Of a stretch of 64,000 nucleotides of DNA, positions 1 to 9,373 are shown one piece after another. Position 1 is the stretch's first letter; every line of letters begins with the position of its first letter. Source of the DNA: Blepharisma stoltei ATCC 30299. Lineage: Eukaryota; Protista; Ciliophora. The notes beneath the pieces were generated by a model. It was not told where the DNA came from. It searched no databases and was given only the letters and a program-made list of their open reading frames with translations. Where the stretch lies: contig CBFDEM010000062.1 in assembly GCA_965603825.1 (NCBI GenBank), forward strand, positions 372,001-436,000, written 5' to 3'. The translations under genes were made by a program, and so were the position numbers.

Positions 1-904
1 GGCTGTGATAGGGCAAGCCTTGAAAATTATGAATATTTCTGCTAGAAACCGCAAAGAGTATTTTAAGAAGACAAAGGAAGAAATACAGAAAAGAGCCTTA
101 ACAGGGAAAATGGAAAGAGATAGCAAAGAAGTCAGAGCTGAAAAGATGCTGCAGCATCAGCTGAAGAGAGATAAATGGGAATCAAAACATCTGGGAGGGT
201 ATAGAAAAATTTATCCAGTTGAAGGATTTGAAAAATATGATGCCATGACCAAAGCTGCTGATGATATTTGGCAAGAATGGACTGGGACCAAAATGAATAG
301 AGTCAGAAAAACTGAAGAAAATAAAGTTCCACCGATGAAAACGTTACCTCCCCAGCCACCAAAATCCCAAAAAACAGATGTAAAAAGAGCAGCACAAAAG
401 GGGCCTGATATTATTTCACCTCATAGATGTCCCTCCGCAAATTTGCCTGGAGTTGATAGTCCAGGAGTCAATCAAAGTGAAAATGAGAAGCATCACTCTT
501 TAAAAGTTTTTGACAGACTAAGTAAGCCAGTGGTTCGAAGATTCAAAGGTACTGGAGCTGCATATCTTCCTCCAGTTATATACTCTGATGAAACAAGGCC
601 CAGCCTTGTAATTGAGAAAAAAGCAACACTGAACCCAGCAGCTTTATCAGATATAAGTACAAGAGGAGTAAATGCCAATTTAGTGAACTCAATCCTTTCA
701 ATCCAAAACGGATTCAAAACAAAAAAGACTGATGCAAAGTCAAGGCTTGTGGTGCCAAAATCCTATCATTATATCAAAACCACTTCTGCAAGAGATTTAG
801 TCCCAAATGACGAGCTATACAAGACCATCAAACCCAAATTGATGGAGCTTGACACCTTTTCTGAAGATAAACAAAAAGAAAGCTTTAAAAAATGAAATTT
901 ATAG
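1..904 (+). CDS. 3' part of a tubulin polyglutamylase (TTLL6/7/13-like), 5'-truncated by the window
   Basis: WESKHLGGYRKIYP matches the post-catalytic (Y/W)E..HLGGF..IYP motif of TTLL glutamylases. With TGA(893-895)=Trp the ORF ends KKWNL-TAG at 904; it ends at 895 if TGA terminates here. Confidence 0.6.
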
Positions 905-982
905 ACTATTAACTGCTAAATTACCTTAACCGTAATTTATTCTTCCCTCATTATTTCTTTGTGAATAATTATTTATTTAAAT

Positions 983-2947
983 ATGTCATACAGAAAATTT
1001 TTGACTAATTCTTCTCAAGCGCTTCAGGACTACGAGATTCACAAAGAAAATAGGCAGAGCGAAAACTACGTCACATTTAAAGCAACTCTAAAAGGCGATT
1101 TTAACCAACATTTTTACATTAGGAGAGAAACCTTTGAGAAGTCTGGTTTGAATCTTGCCAGGTTTGATGGGCTTGTTCGGGCAAACCAAGAAGGAATAGT
1201 CAAGGCAAGCAGGATTTTTCTGGAAGAAGTGAATTCAATGATAATGATGTTTATCATAGAGCCAATGCCTGGACGTGGAAAATGCGAGCTTCTTTCAAGT
1301 CTTATCCAAAAAAATCTACTTTCATATTCACAAAAACAATCCCTCTTTCAAAGCATTGCAGCTACTGTAGACTCTTTGCATTCATTAGGCATCTCTCATC
1401 TTGAACTTTCTCCGAGATCAATCATAATTGAAGATCAAACAGTTCTCCTTCGGCCTTTCAAAATAAATCCAGATGCTCAAAATGATAGCTTTTGGTACTC
1501 TCCTCCTGAAACTTTAACTGAAAGCTCATTTTTTGCTGGCCAATTTTCCAGTGATGTGTGGGCAATTGGGTGCATTTTTGCTGAAATTTTTATAAGTTTG
1601 ACTCCTTTGTTCCAGGCACCTGGGAAAAAGGAAAAATTGTTGAAGATGTTTGAAATTTTAGGTATCCCACAATATCAGGAAGTTGAAGAATATATGCCAT
1701 GGGAAATGTATAGAGAGCTCAGGACGTTAGCAAAGCAGAATATTGAACCTCTTAAACATTTGCTGTTTGGAAGCTTGACTAGCAAAGAAAGAGAGCTAGT
1801 CACTAAAATGCTAAGCTTTAACATTGACAAAAGATCAACATGCAGAGAAATTGCTGGATTTCCATGGGGAAGTGTAGAATATTCAAGCGCAAAGGATGAT
1901 TCAGCACAGCCAATTTATAATTGTTACGAGGAAGTATTGAAAGGCCCGTATGAGTTTTGTGAAAACACTCGAATGACTTCAGGAATTTCATCCCTGCATT
2001 CTTCTTCAATTAATCCATTTACAGGGAAATATAGAACCTCAGAGGTTTATAAAGAAAAAGAGCTTTATGCTGAAGAGAAAGTTGCGACGCAAGGATTTAA
2101 CTCTTTTGCCTCAGATCAGGATGCTAGAAAAACTCCATCCATGCCAAATCACATCAGAATTGTTGAAGACGAAAGAAGAACAGTTAAAGCAAACACAGAG
2201 CCTCAAAGGCCTATTGATTCCCCAGCTTCACTTCCAAAGCAGATGAGGGTTTCTGAATTAAAGCCTGCAGATAATACGCTCACCGTTACTGTCCATAGAG
2301 CTAAAAACATGGATCTTTATAAATATGACAGCGACAATATCAAACTCTCTTTTGAATTTGACGTCAATACTTGTGGGGTTCCAATTAAGGCGAAATCTTC
2401 TTTATTTCAAGCCAGCTTAATGATTCCTGTCAATTTCACACAAGAATTTCAGATAAACTCAGAACTATTCAAAAAGAATTATAGGCATGATCCATTGGTT
2501 ATCAGTGTAAATCAATGCATTTTTGATTTATCAAATAGGTGCAGAGAAACAATGATAGGAATTTGTGAAGTGTATATTGGTCTTTTATTTGCCTCTGTTT
2601 TGTCAACTGCTGATGCAGATTCTTCAGTGTATGGGTGGTATCATGTTGTATCAACAAGTGGGCAGCCTCTTGGGCAGCTCTTAATAGAAATTAGAACCAG
2701 GATTCCAATAGTCCAGATGAAGAGTGAAAGTGCAAACTTTGCAAGAGGGAATAAACAAGAAGCTTCTTTGGAGGCTGATAAGTCATTACTTCAAGGGATT
2801 GAAGAGAATTTGTCAAAACTAAACATCAAGCTGAATAGCAAAGCAAAGGAAAGGGAGGTACAAGAAAAATCGTAACTTATATTTAGTGATGCTGATTTCT
2901 CAGAAACTGTAAAATTGCTGAGAAGACTGTTGCTGGAAAAATCTTAA
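983..2947 (+). CDS. CMGC-like (pseudo)kinase domain plus C-terminal C2-like domain; one 15-nt intron
   Basis: WYSPPE and SDVWAIGCIFAE kinase subdomains VIII-IX are present; the catalytic loop is degenerate (HLELSPRS). C2-like LTVTVHRAKN...GWYHV...GQLLIEI. Removing intron 2872-2886 extends the ORF to TAA at 2945-2947. Confidence 0.75.
2872..2886 (+). other. 15-nt spliceosomal intron
   Basis: gtaacttatatttag; contains the in-frame TAA; A at -6. Confidence 0.85.
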
Positions 2948-3177
2948 TCCATAAGCTAGCTTGTACAAAAATATTTTAAAAATAATCAAATTCATAAAAT
3001 TTTGATTCTGACTATTTTGGATAAATAATATTAATTATTCAATTTTTATTATCTAAATAAAATTAAATCTAAGTTTCATTAAAGTTCATAAGAAGCTGTA
3101 TTCTACATATCGTTTTTTCAAACCACATAATTTCTAAATTCAAATATCTTTCAGTTTTAATTTTCTTTATTAAATAT

Positions 3178-4248
3178 ATGTCATTTCTTACAAAAGGGTA
3201 CGAAGAACTGTGGAAGGCAATAATACGGCCTCCAAAAGAAACCTACATGCCTGAGGATTTAGGGCCCACTGAATTTGCAATTGATGACAGGAATTTTAAA
3301 CGCAGTGATTTCCAGCTCTCTAATCATCGCTCGCTGCATCTCCAGTGCTCTCATTTTGAACCGATTCCTGAAGAAAGAGTAGCAGAAAGGCTTCCATGTG
3401 TGATTTATTTGCATGGAAACTCAAGCTCAAGACTTGAGGCGCTTTCTATCGTTCCAGTTCTCTTGCCTGCCAATATCACTGTTTTTTGCCTAGATACAAG
3501 CGGCTCAGGAATATCAGACGGTGAATATATTTCGCTTGGTTGGTATGAAAGAGACGATTTAGCGTGCGTTGTTGACCATTTAAGACGCTCAGAAAAAGTG
3601 ACTTGTATCGGACTCTGGGGAAGAAGTATGGGAGCAGTGACTGCCCTTTTGCATGGCGATCGTGATCCTTCAATTGCTGGGATGGTTATTGACAGTCCAT
3701 TTTCGAATTTAAGAGTCCTATCTGAAGAACTAGCAAGAATGTATGCAAAAAATGTCCCTGGGTTTATGCTGAGCGCTGCCTTATCGATGATCAGAAAAAC
3801 AGTAAAGAAAAAAGCAAAATTCGATATTAATGAGCTAGACCCATTGAAACATGTGGACATGTGCTTCATTCCTGCACTATTTTGTGCAGGGAAAGATGAC
3901 ACCTTTATCAACCCTAGACATACACAAATTCTGTATGAGAAATACGCTGGCGATAAGAATTTGATAATGGTTGATGGGGATCATAATTCGATGAGACCTC
4001 AATTCTTGCTGGACTCTGCTGCAATCTTTTTCTATAACACTCTGCAGTGCGACCAGCTTCCGCCATTTGTTCCAAGCAACCCGAGAAGAAAGAGAAGACA
4101 GCAATTCAGCAACCCAAACCAGAACGCATTTGCATTTGCCCAGCAATTCCAGGATAACCTTTTGAGCGATGAAGAGTTATTGACGAAGGCAATTGAAGAG
4201 AGCTTGAAAATAGAGGAAAGCAAAGAAAAACAAAATAATGAGCAGTAA
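3178..4248 (+). CDS. Alpha/beta hydrolase with C-terminal ubiquitin-interacting motif
   Basis: YLHGNSS, nucleophile elbow GRSMG, catalytic His in GDHN; SDEELLTKAIEESLK is UIM-like. Confidence 0.85.
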   Translation: MSFLTKGYEELWKAIIRPPKETYMPEDLGPTEFAIDDRNFKRSDFQLSNHRSLHLQCSHFEPIPEERVAERLPCVIYLHGNSSSRLEALSIVPVLLPANITVFCLDTSGSGISDGEYISLGWYERDDLACVVDHLRRSEKVTCIGLWGRSMGAVTALLHGDRDPSIAGMVIDSPFSNLRVLSEELARMYAKNVPGFMLSAALSMIRKTVKKKAKFDINELDPLKHVDMCFIPALFCAGKDDTFINPRHTQILYEKYAGDKNLIMVDGDHNSMRPQFLLDSAAIFFYNTLQCDQLPPFVPSNPRRKRRQQFSNPNQNAFAFAQQFQDNLLSDEELLTKAIEESLKIEESKEKQNNEQ

Positions 4249-4570
4249 TTTTGTGTACCTTAAATAACATTCTACAATTAACTAAGTTAGATTTATTAGA
4301 GTTAATTAAAGTGTTGCTGAAGAAGATATGCGAATAGAGAGCATTGGTGAATCATATAAGAATTTTCTGAATTCACTTAATAGATAATTATGGAAAGCCT
4401 ACCATTCTAGAACTACTTAAAACCCTTCTGAGGGAATTATTAGGTATTTTTGATTTTTTACTTGGATATGCTGTGTAAATAAATTTTATGTGCTTGCTTT
4501 TCTCGGTATATGATTTCTGTGCTAATTGAATGTTGATTTCAGTTCATGAAAAATTATACATATAATTTCT

Positions 4571-5266
4571 ATGGAGCAAAACTATAGCTTTTTCCCAGTT
4601 TCATTCTCTCCAACCTCCTCCTATAAAAACAAGACTTCTATGTGCAGGTCATGAATTAATAGATTTTATTTCTCAAAGACAGCTCGAATCTTTTTTACTC
4701 TCCAAATTTTGCTGTGCTTGTTTAGCATGATATGAGTACTCGTACACTTTGGATCGTTTCCCAGTAACTTATAATTAGAGGAATCATGATTTATGGTGAT
4801 AGAAGTTGCAATCGGCTGCACGATTATAGCAGAGGTTTGCATCAGAATGTATTTATTAGGGCCCAAGAAATTTTTCACGGAGTGTAGCAATGTATGTGAC
4901 GTTGTGCTATCAATGCTATGTATGACAGAAATTATTTTAGCATTTACTTCTCGATCTCTGCTGGATGATGTAGAAGGAGTTATTGGGATAATGGTTCTTG
5001 TGCTTAGGAATATTATTCTCCTATGGAGAGTTATTATGGTCATCAACAGGCAGAGAAGGACCCGCGTTCACAGTGTCCATTTAGAAGTAATTAGCAATGC
5101 TGAAGAAGACGCAAAAACTAACAAAATGCAAGAGAACCTCATTCTTAATAAAGAGTCAATCCAGTATATATACAGACCCAAGCTAGAAGAGCTTAAAGAG
5201 GAAGATGAGGATAACGAAAGCAGTCTGAAATCTGGGTCAATTTGGGAAGGGAGGTTTGGCAAGTAA
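4571..5266 (+). CDS. Stand-alone 4-TM voltage-sensor-like (ion-transport S1-S4) protein; one 15-nt intron
   Basis: ATG 4571 reads through TGA=Trp codons and intron 4764-4778 into the 4793 ORF. Four hydrophobic helices; S2 AEVCIRM, S3 NVCDVV, S4 LVLRNIILLWRVI. Confidence 0.65.
4764..4778 (+). other. 15-nt intron
   Basis: gtaacttataattag; contains in-frame TAA; A at -6. Confidence 0.85.
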
Positions 5267-5318
5267 ATTTTCATAAAAATAATCTGTACCCATAATAAAA
5301 AATCAATAGATTTTACAG

Positions 5319-6164
5319 ATGGACAGCTCTCTAATATCTATGCTACAAAGAAGAGTCGATAAAGCAATCATCGATGTTATCTTTGAAATCCCGCACGCAG
5401 CTTATTATTTATTTGACGAGCCTGAAAAAGTGTGAAAGAAAGGCGATATCGAAGGCCCATTGCTGCTTGTCAAACGTAGCCAAGAACCGTATTTCTATAT
5501 AACCATCTTAAATAAGCAGACTCTTTCGAATTTCCACCAGCCGGTATCTATGGAGGCACAATTTGACAAAAAAATGCCACAGTTGCTGTATATTCGTGAT
5601 AGGAATAAGGGAGTCTATGGAATTTGGTCTCCTTCTGCTGAACTACTTGACCAACTTTTGAATAAGCTGGGGGAAATACAACATATAGACTCACAATCGC
5701 GCATGCTGAAAAGTTTGCTTGATATTGGAGGAGAAAGTCAGCTCATTGTAAATTCTAGATCTCCTGACTCAATTTCAGAACCAAAACAGCAAGAATTTAG
5801 AGAATCAAAGCAGCAAGAATATAGAGAGACGAAACAGCAAGAGTATAGAGAAGCAAAACAACAAGAATACAGAGAGCAAAAACAGCCAGAATACAGAGAA
5901 CAAAAGCAGCCAGAATACAGAGAACAAAAGCAGCCAGAATTTAGAGAATCTAAGCAACAAGAGTTTAAACCTGCAAATATTATGAAGCAGTCTGAAGAAA
6001 ATATTTTAAAGCCTGAGTTCTTTCAAAAAGGAATACAATTTGAAGATGAGGAAACTTCAAGTCTAGGAAGAGAGAAGCTAAAAGAAGCGATTGTAGCCTT
6101 GGCTAATTCTGATGAGTTTTTAGATCTAGTTTTGCAAGCACTAAGATCAAAGGGATTTAATTAA
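5319..6164 (+). CDS. DCP1: mRNA decapping activator DCP1-like (EVH1 domain)
   Basis: ATG 5319; HAAYYLFD...V[TGA 5433=W]KKGDIEGPLLLVKR...YGIW is the DCP1 EVH1 signature; the C-terminal LKEAIVALANSDEFLDLV resembles the DCP1 trimerisation helix. Confidence 0.8.
5778..5969 (+). repeat. Coding minisatellite, 8 x 24 nt (E-x-K-Q-Q/P-E-Y/F-R)
   Basis: EPKQQEFR ESKQQEYR ETKQQEYR EAKQQEYR EQKQPEYR EQKQPEYR EQKQPEFR ESKQQEFK. Confidence 0.95.
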
Positions 6165-6253
6165 CAAAATGCCTAAACAAATTTATATTGTCTTTAGCTT
6201 AATATTAAAAAATCTTTAAATATTATAAGATTCAGACTTTTTGAGTAAAAATG

Positions 6254-8248
6254 TTAAAAAGAAGTGCAAGCTCCACAAGACTTGCCTTTGGGCTTCGTTC
6301 TATCAGTCGAGTCTTTTCTCTGCACTGCGGTTTTTTTCTTTTTGCTATGTAAAATTTACAGTGCATTCAGAATTTCTTTTTCAATCTGCTCAAGAACTTC
6401 TTCTAATTTATCTTTATCACTAATAACGATCCCCAGCTCGTTCTCGACATTATTAATCTGAATATACATTACATGGTCATAAACAAGCCTTGTTACATCA
6501 TCAGAATTTTTCAGTTTATTTTCATATATTTCTGTTTCATATTTCTTCTGGTTCTTGCGAAGGGTTTTTATTTCATTTTCATAGTTCTCAATTGTATCTT
6601 GGAACAGCCTTGCAAATGCTGAGTGTTGGTTTTTTCTAGAAAACTCACTAATTGCAGAGAATTTTCCAGGCCCTTTCGATAATTTCTCATATTGTTTCAT
6701 TGCATTTGCCCAATCGTCATCTAAGGACTCAAATCGATTGGTGTATTTTCCTTGATCTAGATTAATGATAATTTCTTTGAACAGCTTTTCAATCAGAGAT
6801 AAATTGTAAGCCTCAGAAGCTGCAAGGTTTGCTTTTTGTGTGAAGTTGATATCGTCTTGATAATACAGCTCGAAATCTTCTCTACATTCTTCTTCAAGCC
6901 CTTCATCTCTTAGTGAGACATCTCTGAAGAGTGCTAGAGCTCTATCTTTCGAAGTCTGAAGTTTCATGAGGAGATCTCCTGTTTCGTATGGCATTTCTTG
7001 GATTTCAACATTTCTTCCCTTGGTGTATTTCTTTTTAATATCCTCCAATAAATCTTCATACTGGTTTTTCATAACTTGACTCCAAGTGCTGTTTATATTG
7101 GGAACAACACCATCATTAATAGCCTTTACAAATTCATTTAGCAAGCCTAAGAGATTTCTTCCACTCATATCAAGCCCATCAAACTTTTTACTTGGACATT
7201 GTTGCAAGACTGAATACTGCAGCCTTTCAAAGCCTTTTTTGAACTTTGGTCTCAGAGTGTTGAGATCATGCTCATTAAGCAGCTCAAGCTGTCTTTCTTG
7301 ATCAATCGGCCTAGGCAGTGTAATGCAGTCTCTTTCTCTAAAAAGATCCAATATTTCCTGTCTGATTTTCCCATATTTTTCAGGATTTCTCCCATAGCTG
7401 CTTTTCATATTCAGGATATTTTCCATATATTGTTTTGAAGAAATTGGGTTATCCTCTTCGTCTACCAAGCTTAAATGGAAATCTCTTAAAAGCCACACAA
7501 ACTTAGGCGCCAAGGCAGCTAGTCTCTGTTTAGCGTCTTCATCAGTGTCATAAGCTGAAACTTTGGTGGATATCATCTCAGATAAGCTTGTGGCTAGACT
7601 TAATTGGTTTACAGCTTGCTCATCAATTACCCCTTTTGAGTTATAAATAAAAACAGATGATAAAAGAATCAGCACTGCAAACATTTTCGCATCATGAGTC
7701 GCAGATTTTTCAACACTTTTGCAGCCTTCAGAATCCAAAAAAATTATGCACATATCAGATGTCTGTATGGGCTCTCCCCAGATCCATATTCCTTGAGTGC
7801 AAGCCTGGACTTTGCTTCCTACTGCAAATCCAGATCCTGTGCCATTAGAAAGTAAATTTAATATAAAGCTTTTCCCACCTCTTGTTGGACCTCCTATAGA
7901 GACAACTCCCATTTTTCCTTTTAATGATTTCAAGAATTTCGCACCTTTTTTGCAGACTTCGAATCTTCCGTCTTCGTTGACTTTTACAAGCTGTATTGGA
8001 CCTCCTTGGGTTTTTGTTTCTGATATGGAATGCTCTTCATTGCTTTCGCTGTCTATTTCATCTAAGCTTTGCTCTCTTGATATCTTTTTAAGAACTTTGT
8101 CGTATAAGTTTTTGACAGAAAACTCTGAGTCTCTGATAGGATCTTCAAGACGGTCAACAAATGGGTCTTCCTCTTCTGATGATGATAAAACAGGAGGCCA
8201 TGGCTCTTGAATTGGGACTGTATAAGGTTCTTGCTCGCTCTCAGACAT
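6254..8248 (-). CDS. Guanylate-binding protein (GBP/atlastin family GTPase) with C-terminal CaaX; two 15-nt introns
   Basis: P-loop GPTRGGKS, CTQGIWIW, LDSEG, FVWLLRDF. Removing intron 6345-6359 extends the C-terminus to ...KPKGKSCGACTSF-TAA. Confidence 0.88.
6345..6359 (-). other. 15-nt intron
   Basis: gtaaattttacatag on the minus strand; contains in-frame TAA. Confidence 0.85.
6458..6472 (-). other. Probable 15-nt intron (stop-free, in frame)
   Basis: gtaatgtatattcag matches the GTA...A(-6)...AG consensus; it would otherwise add VMYIQ to a coiled coil. Confidence 0.6.
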
Positions 8249-8380
8249 GATGCTAGTATAAAATTAGAAATTTTAAGAAAAACAGCTATATTTTCACTGC
8301 TCTGATGGGAGACAATTTTTTTAATCAAAATAGCTTCATTTAGATATTGAATAATTACACAATTAATTTATAAAAATAGA

Positions 8381-8947
8381 ATGTTTTGGCCTATTTTGAT
8401 TAATCTTTTAGGATTAGCATTCTCAAGGATTCATCATACTGAGATAACGAGCCGAGTATATTTTGACATTTCTCTTGGCGGTGAGCCAACTGGGCGAATT
8501 GTATTTGGACTATATGCTAAAGTAGCACCTAAAGCTGCAGAGAATTTTCGTGCCCTTTGCACAGGAGAAAACGGAGAGAACTCTGATGGTGTAAGACTTC
8601 ACTATAAGGGCACATCATTCAATAAGATCGTGAAAAAAAGACTAATTCAAGGAGGGGATATTGATGGGCATGGAGGTGTAAGCATTTATGGCAAAAGTTT
8701 TCCAGCAGAAGAATTTAAGCTCAGCCATTCCGCCCCTGGTATACTATCAATGGTAAATGATGGTTCCAACACACATGGATCTCAATTTTTCATCACTACT
8801 CGAGGAGTGCCTTCATTTGATGGGAAGAATCTTGTTTTTGGCGAAGTAATCGATGGATTTGATGTAGTGAAGAAAATAGAAGAGTATGGGTCGAAGCCTG
8901 AAAATGAGCTATCATCAATAAAGATCACAGACTCAGGAGAACTTTAA
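8381..8947 (+). CDS. Secretory-pathway cyclophilin with divergent active site
   Basis: Signal peptide; RVYFDI, ENFRALCTGE, QGGD, GSQFFIT; ends SGEL. Confidence 0.9.
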   Translation: MFWPILINLLGLAFSRIHHTEITSRVYFDISLGGEPTGRIVFGLYAKVAPKAAENFRALCTGENGENSDGVRLHYKGTSFNKIVKKRLIQGGDIDGHGGVSIYGKSFPAEEFKLSHSAPGILSMVNDGSNTHGSQFFITTRGVPSFDGKNLVFGEVIDGFDVVKKIEEYGSKPENELSSIKITDSGEL

Positions 8948-9101
8948 AATAAGTTATTAAAATGGCTTCCATATCAAGGCTGGAGTAAAATATAATAATG
9001 AATAATTTTATAAAAGCAGCTGATTTTTGAATCTAGTTAATGATTTTGGATTTTTGCAAAGCAAGAAATTCTTTAAAAGGATAAATTGAAAAATGCAAAA
9101 A

Positions 9102-9182
9102 CGACATCAGCAGGATTCGAACCTGCGCGGGAAATCCCAATAGATTTCTAGTCTATCGCCTTAACCACTCGGCCATGATGTC
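9102..9182 (-). tRNA. tRNA-Ser(AGA)
   Basis: GACATCA TGGCCGAGTGGTTAAGGCG ATAGA-CTAGAAA-TCTAT, long variable arm, GCAGGTTCGAATCCTGC TGATGTC G; followed by a T5 Pol III terminator. Confidence 0.97.
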
Positions 9183-9312
9183 AGCTGATTTATCATACCT
9201 TCCTCGATTTATAAAGGACAGCAATATTAAAATTCAACAATATCTAAAGATAATTTTTGGAGGATATTTAGATTAGATTTATTATAAAAGATAAATCCTT
9301 TTAAAAATAATT

Positions 9313-9351
9313 CGCTGTTGACACTGAATAATATGGACATTCAGTGCAGCG
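9313..9351 (+). promoter_or_regulatory. Inverted repeat/hairpin just upstream of the dioxygenase start codon (function unknown)
   Basis: cgctg-ttga-cactgaat / 9-nt loop / attcagtg-cagcg: 13 Watson-Crick pairs. Confidence 0.4.
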
Positions 9352-9373
9352 TTAAATGGATATATAAAAATAA

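Noticed and set aside
4648-4662. Apparent 15-nt intron gtcatgaattaatag
   Set aside because: It lacks the GTA start and the A at -6 seen in all other introns. With TGA=Trp it reads through as CRSWINRFYF, so no splicing is needed.
5778-5969. CRISPR-like array
   Set aside because: It is a coding tandem repeat without unique spacers, in a eukaryotic gene.
9102-9182. tRNA as a UGA suppressor or Sec tRNA
   Set aside because: The anticodon loop is CT-AGA-AA, an ordinary Ser(AGA).
9336-9353. Iron-responsive element (CAGUGC) before the Fe-dependent dioxygenase
   Set aside because: There is no C-bulge, the upper stem has a mismatch, and the CAGUG is paired in the larger hairpin.
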